Shown here in pieces: positions 31,424-38,509 of a stretch of DNA of 64,000 nt. How positions within the stretch are numbered: the stretch's first letter is position 1; each line of letters opens with the position of its first letter. This DNA is from Candidatus Latescibacterota bacterium. GTDB lineage: Bacteria; Latescibacterota; UBA2968; GCA-2709665. Position numbers and translations under genes: made by a program. The notes beneath the pieces were generated by a model. That model made no database searches and was not told the origin of the DNA. It saw nothing but the letters and a program-made list of their open reading frames with translations. The stretch covers positions 288,001 to 352,000 of the forward strand of contig CAXXJS010000010.1 in NCBI GenBank assembly GCA_963662665.2, read 5' to 3'.

Positions 31424-31666
31424 CTAATTCTTCTTACCCTCCATATAAATGTGCCCGGCCCAGGTTATACGAAACATCCGTCCCTCGTCTGTGGTGATTG
31501 TTTTAAGATATCCCGCGTCTTCCATTAAAAGTAAATGCTGTTCAAATTGTTGTCTACGCTTGGACGGTTCTGCCTTTTCAAACAAAAGGACGTAGGGCAT
31601 TCTTATTTCTTTGTGTTCGATAAGTGCATCAAGAATGCGCCACCCCATTCTCATATTTCGTACCAT
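31424..31666 (-). CDS. DUF2513-like winged-helix protein (cargo)
   Basis: HLLLMEDAGYL...RITWAGHIYME; RBS GGAGGG. Confidence 0.7.
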   Translation of the reverse strand: MVRNMRMGWRILDALIEHKEIRMPYVLLFEKAEPSKRRQQFEQHLLLMEDAGYLKTITTDEGRMFRITWAGHIYMEGKKN

Positions 31667-31727
31667 TGCTACCCTCCAATCTGTGAGCCCACCTGGGTCA
31701 CTAAGCTATGGACCGTGATTGAGAAAG

Positions 31728-31922
31728 TCAAGATGCATAATGCCAGGTTCTGTTAGGCTTGCCGTTAGCATAGTGCATAGTAAATTCTTCCACTCCCTCA
31801 GCCTTTGCTATGATCTTTCCTTCGCGTTGTGCTGCCTCCTTTGTTTGATATTCAGCCAATACTGACCCATCTAGCTTGATTTCCCATATTCCGTCCTTGT
31901 TTCGCCGACCTGTCATTGCCAT
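31728..31922 (-). CDS. DUF2188-like small protein; its RBS is displaced by the IS21 insertion
   Basis: WEIKLDG...YQTKEAAQREGKIIAK...HYANGK; ATG lies in the CATTT TSD, RBS AGGAGG now at about 34580. Confidence 0.7.
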   Translation of the reverse strand: MAMTGRRNKDGIWEIKLDGSVLAEYQTKEAAQREGKIIAKAEGVEEFTMHYANGKPNRTWHYAS

Positions 31923-32016
31923 TTTGTCAATGATCGGTGTAAAGGCGCCACCCATGATCGGCTTAAAGGCGCCAGTGAGCGAGGGTCAAAAGGGGGGTCT
32001 CAGACGGGACATGTAA

Positions 32017-32796
32017 TTAGGTTTTAGTGACCTCCTTTGCAAGGGTGATTTTGTGTGGTGTACGTAGGGGACGCGGAGACCGATAGCTGTGACCGTCGAG
32101 GATGATGCGGTAGGCGGCGTGTCGCAGTCGGTCGAGTGTTGCGGCGCCGAGGAGTCGATTGGAGAAGGCGTTACCCCACTCGTTGAAGTCGAGGTTGGAG
32201 GTGACGATAGTGGCAGCGCGTTCATAGCGTTCGGCGATGAGGTCATGGAAGTCGTCCTCGTGCGGCGGGCTAAGGGGTCGGAGTCCGAAGTCATCGATGA
32301 CGAGGAGGGGGACCTTGGCCAGGGCGTGGAAACGGCGATCGAAGGTATGGGTGGCTCTGGCGGCGTGCAGGTGTCCCAACAGTTTGGTTTGTGTGTAGAA
32401 GAGCACATCGTAGCCGTTGCGGACGGCGCAGTGGCCTAAGGCTTGGGCGATGTGGCTTTTGCCAGTGCCGCAGGGTCCGGCGATGAGGACAGCGACCTTC
32501 TCGTGGATGAAGTGGCAGGACGCCAGTTCCTGGATTTGCGTCTGATTGATCTTGGGATTGAAGGAGAAGTCAAAGCCTTCGAGGGTTTTTTCGTTTCTGA
32601 AGCCTGCGCGACGTACTCTGAGGGCGAACTTTTTCTGTTCGCGTCTTGCGACTTCGTCCTGGATGAGTAAGGCGAGGAACTCAGCATAGGACAACTGTTT
32701 TTCGGTGGCCTCGCGGTTTCTTATCGGCAGGGATTCGACGATGCCGGACAAACGCAGTTGTTTGAGCAAGGGCGCCAGCTCAGGCATGGGGTTCAT
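32017..32796 (-). CDS. istB: IS21 helper ATPase IstB
   Basis: GPCGTGKSH, LLVIDDFG, TSNL, ATLDRLRH; ATGA overlap with istA. Confidence 0.95.
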   Translation of the reverse strand: MNPMPELAPLLKQLRLSGIVESLPIRNREATEKQLSYAEFLALLIQDEVARREQKKFALRVRRAGFRNEKTLEGFDFSFNPKINQTQIQELASCHFIHEKVAVLIAGPCGTGKSHIAQALGHCAVRNGYDVLFYTQTKLLGHLHAARATHTFDRRFHALAKVPLLVIDDFGLRPLSPPHEDDFHDLIAERYERAATIVTSNLDFNEWGNAFSNRLLGAATLDRLRHAAYRIILDGHSYRSPRPLRTPHKITLAKEVTKT

Positions 32797-34367
32797 GGCC
32801 GTGTCTCCTTGGAATGGGCAGCGTTGTCTATGTGATGGAACAGATCGGTTGTCTCTCTGCAAAAAAGCCCAGCGCCTTTATAGACGTCAGGCAGCTTATC
32901 GGGCGTGTTTGGTGTGTCGGGCTGCTGGTCGAGTCCCCGATCCAGGATGGTTTTGACGGTGCGATACAGGGGACTGTCGAAAGCCAATGCGCGGGCGCAG
33001 GCGGCTTCCAGGCGGGCGGGGCCATAGCGTTTTTCCATCCTGATGACCCCTTGTGCCGCGCGTAGCTTGTCGAGGACCCTGTCTGCAAAGAGGCACTCGA
33101 TGAGCTCCCGGCAGGCCGGCCCGATGCGTTTGGCCTGTTTCAAGCACCATTGCGGATCTCGCATCTTGTAGGCCCTGGCGTCGGGTGGCAGATGGTCATC
33201 CACAGTGGAACGGGCGCCGGGATTGTGCAGACGGGAATGGGCGGCCACCAGTTGTTGATCCTTGTAGATCCGGACCGTGGTTGGTCCTGCCCGCAGCCAG
33301 AGGTCGCGGCGCACGAGGCTAAAAGGCACACTGTAGCGGCACTTTTCGAACTGCACGTGGCAGTCGCCGTGTACTTTGACGGGGGTCCAGGACGCTTCTT
33401 CAGGGGGGATATCGGGCAAAGGCGTGAGGAGATGACGCTCGGTTTGCGCAAAGCGGTTCAGCGGCTTTTCCTGCGTGGTGCCGTGGATGCGGTTGCCGGC
33501 GATGGAGAGCACCCATTCTCGAAGTTGTGCATTGGCGTCGGCCACGCTTCGGAAGTCGCGTAGTGGCAGGAAGTTTCTCTTCACATATTTGACGCCGGCC
33601 TCGACGCGTCCCTTCTTCTTGGGGTCTCGTGGGGGACACGGTGAGATGAGAAAGCCATAGCCTTCGGCGCAGGCGGCGTAAGCACGCTGCACGCCCGGAT
33701 CGTAATAACACGCGCGGGTGATGGCGCTCTTGGGGTTATCGATCATCACCCTTTTGGGCACACCAGCGAAGAACTCGAAGGCGTGGCGGTGGCAAAGCAA
33801 CCACGTCGCGACCTTCTGGTCGGTGACGAACGCCGCGTATTGGTGACGACTCCAGGCCAGGACCATGACAAAGACCCAGGTCGAGCAGACCTGGCCCGTA
33901 TGCACGTCCTGGATGCGTGGACCGGCGCCAAAGTCCACCTGCGCAACATCGCCCGGAGAGAAACCCAGAACCGTCGTGACCCGCGGATGGGTCTGTTCCA
34001 ACCCCTGCAGAAAACGGCGGATGGACGAGTAACTGCCGGAAAATCCGTACTTGCAAACAAGCGCCTGGTGGATCGTCGTACCCTGGATGCCCTGTCGCCA
34101 CCAGCGGGTGACTTCCTCCCGATACGGGAGCACCAGGGAAACAGCCGCACGGGTCGAAGCCAACTCCAACACTTTCGCAAGCGTGGCTTCCTCAGGCACG
34201 GGATTGCATAGGTCCAGAAAACCGTGACGAGCAGCAAGGCGGCGCAGTTGACCCACTTTCTTGCGACCCATCAATCCGGCTTCGGCAATCGCGCGGTCGG
34301 ACTGTCCCAACCGCATGCGGACAATCACGTGTCGGTATTCGTGCATCTCGAACCTCCGGTTTGACAT
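32793..34367 (-). CDS. istA: IS21 transposase IstA
   Basis: AQVDFG, VMIDNPK, KGRVEAGVKYVK, RIHGTT. Confidence 0.95.
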   Translation of the reverse strand: MSNRRFEMHEYRHVIVRMRLGQSDRAIAEAGLMGRKKVGQLRRLAARHGFLDLCNPVPEEATLAKVLELASTRAAVSLVLPYREEVTRWWRQGIQGTTIHQALVCKYGFSGSYSSIRRFLQGLEQTHPRVTTVLGFSPGDVAQVDFGAGPRIQDVHTGQVCSTWVFVMVLAWSRHQYAAFVTDQKVATWLLCHRHAFEFFAGVPKRVMIDNPKSAITRACYYDPGVQRAYAACAEGYGFLISPCPPRDPKKKGRVEAGVKYVKRNFLPLRDFRSVADANAQLREWVLSIAGNRIHGTTQEKPLNRFAQTERHLLTPLPDIPPEEASWTPVKVHGDCHVQFEKCRYSVPFSLVRRDLWLRAGPTTVRIYKDQQLVAAHSRLHNPGARSTVDDHLPPDARAYKMRDPQWCLKQAKRIGPACRELIECLFADRVLDKLRAAQGVIRMEKRYGPARLEAACARALAFDSPLYRTVKTILDRGLDQQPDTPNTPDKLPDVYKGAGLFCRETTDLFHHIDNAAHSKETRP

Positions 34368-34637
34368 CTTGTATCCCTCCTGACTTGTGCGAATAGTTAT
34401 CCACTGTGTCGTCAGAAGGTAAACAACGATGAACGGAATGCCCGAGACCCCTTTTCCGGTTACCTCACATGGCGCTATTACGGCGATCCTCGCGTGGCGC
34501 TATTACGGCGATCCCCACGTGGCGCCATTATGGCGATCCCCAAATGGCTCCATATGCCCGATCACTAACACATTTCTCCCCTCCTGTTCATTCTTTCGCC
34601 CAGGGCTTAATTGCGGAAAGCCCTGGGCGAAATTTAT

Positions 34638-35012
34638 CTACTTGTTCAGCATTTCTGAATCGAGATAAATTTTACCGCTTTCGACGTGCAGGTAGATGAT
34701 TCTGCCTATGCTGCCGCAGACAACGAAGTAGTAATTTTTATCGATAGGGGAACGAAGCCAACCACCACTTTCCCTAAAACTGTCCATCGAACAACGATAG
34801 GACATTAGGAGACGAGCGGCGGCATAGAGAAATTGTTTTTGGTATATGTGGTAGTCATCCGAATGTGATACTACGTCGATTAATTCATCTGGATATGTTG
34901 AAGTTTCGAGCACATCCGGTTCTTGTTTTTGTCTACCGTAAGCAAAAATGCAACTGGTTATGATTATACCACTCATGAACCAAACAAGTCGGGACAACCA
35001 GGTACGTAGCAT
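34638..35012 (-). CDS. Hypothetical exported/membrane-anchored protein (cargo)
   Basis: N-terminal hydrophobic segment; SDDY...RC...GGWLRS...YFVVCG; RBS GGGAGG. Confidence 0.7.
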   Translation of the reverse strand: MLRTWLSRLVWFMSGIIITSCIFAYGRQKQEPDVLETSTYPDELIDVVSHSDDYHIYQKQFLYAAARLLMSYRCSMDSFRESGGWLRSPIDKNYYFVVCGSIGRIIYLHVESGKIYLDSEMLNK

Positions 35013-35024
35013 TTTATCCTCCCA

Positions 35025-35070
35025 TAAATAAAGGCGTTAAGTACCGACACTTTGCCGGTACTTAACGCCT
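35025..35070 (-). terminator. Strong intrinsic terminator immediately upstream of the 35012 RBS
   Basis: 15-bp perfect stem AGGCGTTAAGTACCG / CGGTACTTAACGCCT, extended by G-U only on the minus strand, followed by TTATTT. Confidence 0.7.
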
Positions 35071-35307
35071 AATATATATCAGAGGATATGTTGGACGATA
35101 TCTGTTTTTCTAATAATTCCATTTTCTCTCCTGTGGCTCTTGCAAAGCCGTTTTGAAATTGGTGACGGGCCTTGCAAGCATCACAGGAGAGTGAGCCTCG
35201 CCTATTCGCCTGTTCCAGGGCTATTATATTCAGCGAGAAACCCGTCCCGCAGGTTTCTCCCGTGATGCTTGCATTGTAAAGATAGTCAATGCTGCTTATC
35301 TAATCAA
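35025..35307 (-). ncRNA. Candidate structured leader RNA with alternative pairings and a 17-aa uORF (35122-35069)
   Basis: TTGATT-N17-TATCTT promoter; segments X (35256-73), Y (35173-91) and Z (35126-44, contains RBS), with Y complementary to both X and Z. Confidence 0.5.
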
Positions 35308-35320
35308 GTGATAATAATGC

Positions 35321-35353
35321 TCAGGCCCGAGGAGCGTCGCTCCTCGGGCCTGA
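35321..35353. repeat. Perfect 16-bp inverted repeat
   Basis: TCAGGCCCGAGGAGCG-T-CGCTCCTCGGGCCTGA. Confidence 0.8.
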
Positions 35354-35529
35354 AAATACTTTTGTTGTTTGTAAGACAACCATCGATCCCAGATCCTCGC
35401 GCTTCGAGCGCCGGGGAGGGTCGGGGGTTTCTTGTTTTGAGGTTAATTTTAACTTGTGCAGTAATTTATCATGCTGTATCTTAATGGCAGAGTTGGGTAA
35501 GTGGAATATTTAATGAAAAGGAGATAAAA

Positions 35530-35739
35530 ATGTCAAAAGATAATGATACTGATAAATCCTCAGACGATACGCCTATACCTGACGATCCCACAGATATTGG
35601 TTCTAATGTTAAGGGACATGGACGAAGGAAGCCTGTAGTAGAGAGGCGATCCACTGGTAGTGCTTATCAGAAACGTCCAACTGTGCAACCCAAAGCACAA
35701 GAACAAAAACCTGGAAAGCGAGGAAAAGGGTCGCAATGA
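35530..35739 (+). CDS. Small acidic/basic low-complexity protein (cargo)
   Basis: RBS AAGGAG; 69 aa; overlaps the convergent gene. Confidence 0.5.
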   Translation: MSKDNDTDKSSDDTPIPDDPTDIGSNVKGHGRRKPVVERRSTGSAYQKRPTVQPKAQEQKPGKRGKGSQ

Positions 35740-36142
35740 CTGATGTATGCCATTTTTTTCTAATACCGTGTTGGTTTTTTTCAAATTCCACACCTGCATA
35801 GTACACCATATCTCGTTTGAATATTTCATCTTCTTTTTGAATTTCTCTTGCATGTAGACTTCCCGGGTTAATTAATCGAACACTTCCCTGATGCCGTCCC
35901 CATAAACACAGAGTTACTGTGATAAAGCAAATTAGCAGAGTAAGAATTATCCAAAAGCCAGTAATTTCTATTTTAGCGGTTTTTGCGATAAGCGGTACTG
36001 CAGCAGTAATGGATAATGAGATAGACAATATTGAATGGAACAGCCTATTAACTGAGTTCCATTGTTGACGCATTTTTTCAAATGAGTCAATGGCAATTTC
36101 ATAAGCCAGATCTACCGAGGGGTATTTGCTATTTTGCTCCAT
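35609..36142 (-). CDS. Three-TM membrane protein with Pycsar-effector (DUF5706)-like topology
   Basis: Helix-TM-TM-loop-N...IRKK-TM layout; RBS AAGGAG. Confidence 0.6.
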   Translation of the reverse strand: MEQNSKYPSVDLAYEIAIDSFEKMRQQWNSVNRLFHSILSISLSITAAVPLIAKTAKIEITGFWIILTLLICFITVTLCLWGRHQGSVRLINPGSLHAREIQKEDEIFKRDMVYYAGVEFEKNQHGIRKKWHTSVIATLFLAFQVFVLVLWVAQLDVSDKHYQWIASLLQASFVHVP

Positions 36143-36248
36143 GTTAGATCTCCTTAAAAGTATTTAACAAGGGTTAAAAATAGCAAACTTTTCTTGCTAC
36201 ACAAGAGTAAAATGTAAAGCAAGGTTTAAATTTAAAGGGGTGATAGTA

Positions 36249-36488
36249 ATGGGCGAACAGTCTTTTAAGATAGGGGATACAGTGAAATTAAAAGGAGGTG
36301 GCCCCATAATGACTATATCTGGGAATTCGACAGAAATTGATCCAAGTGAGTCTTTTGCCTGGTGTTGCGAATGGATTGATGCAAAAGGTAGTTCACAGTA
36401 TAAATACTATTCCCCAGCTATGCTTAAATCTGTTCAAACAAGGTGCAAGGGGCTGGAATCCGGGCAAAAGGATTGCATCGGTTATTAA
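36249..36488 (+). CDS. YodC/DUF2158-family protein
   Basis: FKIGDTVKLKGGGPIMTI...CEW. Confidence 0.8.
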   Translation: MGEQSFKIGDTVKLKGGGPIMTISGNSTEIDPSESFAWCCEWIDAKGSSQYKYYSPAMLKSVQTRCKGLESGQKDCIGY

Positions 36489-36512
36489 TTAGATCTTTTA
36501 GTTTACCCTAAT

Positions 36513-36542
36513 AAAAGCCCGGAGCTATTTTTCGGGCTTTTT
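36513..36542. terminator. Bidirectional terminator-like hairpin
   Basis: AAAAGCCCGGAG...TTTCGGGCTTTTT between convergent genes. Confidence 0.55.
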
Positions 36543-36665
36543 GCCTTTACATTTCTGCTTTGGCTTTATTGAACTATCGGCCGACGGTTTTTTCACAGGC
36601 TGTAAAATGATCCGACGAACTTCCTCCGGCGTTTGGTCAATCTTAAACCGCTCTTCCTTTTTCAT
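36525..36665 (-). CDS. 46-aa basic ORF translationally coupled to the IS1595 transposase
   Basis: ATGA overlap; MKKEERFKIDQTPEEVRRIILQPVKK... Confidence 0.5.
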   Translation of the reverse strand: MKKEERFKIDQTPEEVRRIILQPVKKPSADSSIKPKQKCKGKKPEK

Positions 36666-37579
36666 TCCGTTAATTCCCTATAACGTAACTGACTCCATTG
36701 TAGGTTGTGGGCGATTATTTTCATTATGCCGTAAGTCCCTTTGTCCCGATAGTTGTTGCGCAATACGAATTCCTGCACATATCGGTTAAGGTGTTTGAGG
36801 CTCATATAATGGTAGGTTCCCTTGTAGGCGCGTTTGAGCAAAGACCAAAAGGATTCGATACCGTTTGTGTGGACATCCCCTTCAACGAATTTCCATTTGG
36901 AGTGTGTAACAACCTCGTGTTCGTAATAAGCGAGCATTCCAAAGTATGCCTTGTGATCGTCAGTATATAGCGTTGACAGAACCTGAATCCAGTATCTGAG
37001 CTGGTATTCTATTGTTTGTTGTGTAGTGTTGATGGGCACCATAGCCTTTACCTGCTTTGTTTCTCGTTCTCGAACGCCAAGGACCGGAAACTTTTCGTGC
37101 ACTCCGCGCCCCTTACCGAGCGCCAGCTTTCTTCCATAGTGCATATTCTTCTTTAGGCCACCGACGTATGTTTCGTCCGCCTCCACTGTCCCCGTAAACT
37201 TGCCGCTGTCTTCTTCACACGCCTTTCTGATCCGGTGTCCAAGGTACCATGCGCTTTTTTGCGTAATGCCGAGGTCCTTTGCTAACTGAGTGGAGGCGAT
37301 CCCTTTGGGCTGACACATAAGGTAAATCGCCCAAACCCACTTACGCAAGGGAAGTTTGGAACTGTGGAGCAGGGTTCCGGTTCTTATCGTGAATTTCTTT
37401 TGACAGGTATTGCAACGATATGCCTTCGGCGAACACTCTTTCCGTAAGCGAACATCTTCACTCCCACAACTCCGGCAAAAGACCCCGCTGGGCCAAAGGT
37501 GTTCAGCAAACCATTCCTCAGCGGCTTCTTCTGTTGGAAACATTTCTTGCAGCTTAAACATTGAAATTTCATTAGCCAT
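36662..37579 (-). CDS. IS1595-family transposase
   Basis: Zn ribbon CRSCGS...CNTC, VEADETYVGG, LYTDDHKAY, HTNGIESFWSLLKR, HLNRYVQEF. Confidence 0.95.
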   Translation of the reverse strand: MANEISMFKLQEMFPTEEAAEEWFAEHLWPSGVFCRSCGSEDVRLRKECSPKAYRCNTCQKKFTIRTGTLLHSSKLPLRKWVWAIYLMCQPKGIASTQLAKDLGITQKSAWYLGHRIRKACEEDSGKFTGTVEADETYVGGLKKNMHYGRKLALGKGRGVHEKFPVLGVRERETKQVKAMVPINTTQQTIEYQLRYWIQVLSTLYTDDHKAYFGMLAYYEHEVVTHSKWKFVEGDVHTNGIESFWSLLKRAYKGTYHYMSLKHLNRYVQEFVLRNNYRDKGTYGIMKIIAHNLQWSQLRYRELTE

Positions 37580-37658
37580 TTTATTAACTCCTAAAATAGT
37601 AACTATAAGGTAATTCATAATAACGTAGATGACAAGGGAATTCCCAGGGGGAGGGAAA

Positions 37659-37806
37659 TGACAAGATTTATCTTGTCACTGACAGGGGAGGATTGGTATA
37701 ATATTGGCGCGTTAATTATAGGGTCGTGCGGCCGGGGCGATGAACGTTTCTGCGCTAACAGAAACTGCTAAAGCCATCGCCCGGCTGCATTATGTGTACC
37801 TTTTTT
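37659..37806 (+). ncRNA. Candidate ~100-nt sRNA with its own sigma70 promoter at the right end of the IS1595 element
   Basis: TTGTCA-N18-TATAAT with extended TG; palindrome TGACAAGAT-TT-ATCTTGTCA over the -35; stem 37726-42/37775-90 with inner hairpin GTTTCTG-CGCTAA-CAGAAAC; T tract 37801-06. Confidence 0.45.
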
Positions 37807-37940
37807 CTAGCCGTCACATTATCACCCCCTTTAAACGCCGTTTAAAGGTTCTTAGTCTTTGTTATTGTTATAATTATTGGAATTTAACGAAGTTTGAAAA
37901 AAATGCAACTTTTTTTGTGTCACTTTTGTATATAGTCCCC

Positions 37941-38414
37941 TTCGCTTTTAACCACCGTTCCGGCTCCAATCACGGAGACAACCATCACTCCCGCGATGGT
38001 CCGGCCTTCGGCCATCCAACCTCCCGGGACCCGATATTCCCTGTCTTCCCACCGCAGCGTCAGGTTTGCGATGGTCCATACCGTATCCATCCGTACCGCG
38101 TAGTTCCGAAACGGCACAAGGATCAGATCCCCGGAGATGACCCGGGGCGACGACACCAGAGGCCACCACGACCGGTTCGTTTCCTCGTTGGTAACGCTGT
38201 CTCGCCGGACGCGGATCAACTTTCCTTCGGACACGACAGCTTCCGCCGTATACCCGCCCGCGGCCCTGACGTAATCGACGACGGTCCGTTCCGCGCTGTG
38301 GGCATACCGTCCGGGGCGCGCCACGGCGCCGGAAACGGTAACCGCGGCCTCTTCTCCCGAGCAGGCCGCAAGAACGAGGGCCAGAGCCAGGCAGGCTGGC
38401 GGGTTCCAGTTCAT
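37941..38414 (-). pseudogene. 5' part of the split lipoprotein gene (lipobox + SLBB domain)
   Basis: LALALVLAAC; VTVSGAVARPGRY...VRAAGG; ends GTVVKSE at the TSD. Confidence 0.85.
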
Positions 38415-38509
38415 GGATCGCTCCATCGCAAACCCTGTGATGTGCCGGAATCTCCCGTACTCCGTCACCCCACTCGCCCCCGCGCGCAGTCTGCATTGCC
38501 CGGAGACGT

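Larger units (their letters stand above)
31925..34570 (-). mobile_element. IS21-family insertion sequence nested in the IS1595 element
   Basis: Ends TGTCAATGATCGG / TGTTAGTGATCGG; 5-bp TSD CATTT; tandem subterminal TGGCGC...GATC repeats (34470-34570). Confidence 0.92.
28733..37940 (-). mobile_element. IS1595-family cargo-carrying transposon, 9208 bp including nested ISs
   Basis: TIRs GGGGCTTATATACAAAA / GGGGACTATATACAAAA; 8-bp TSD TTCGCTTT at 28725-32 and 37941-48; IS1595 transposase near the right end; visibly AT-rich. Confidence 0.92.

Noticed and set aside
34470-34570. Four ~25-bp tandem repeats resembling a mini-CRISPR or iterons
   Set aside because: No unique spacers and no cas genes; they are IS21 subterminal transposase-binding repeats.
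35069-35122. uORF as a type I toxin
   Set aside because: The peptide is hydrophilic with no TM segment; kept only as a possible leader peptide.
37599-37615. TAACTATAAGGT resembling the I-CeuI/23S rRNA site
   Set aside because: Only a short partial match with no rRNA context.
28733-37940. Prophage remnant interpretation of the AT-rich region
   Set aside because: No integrase or structural genes; TIRs and an 8-bp TSD define an IS1595 element.
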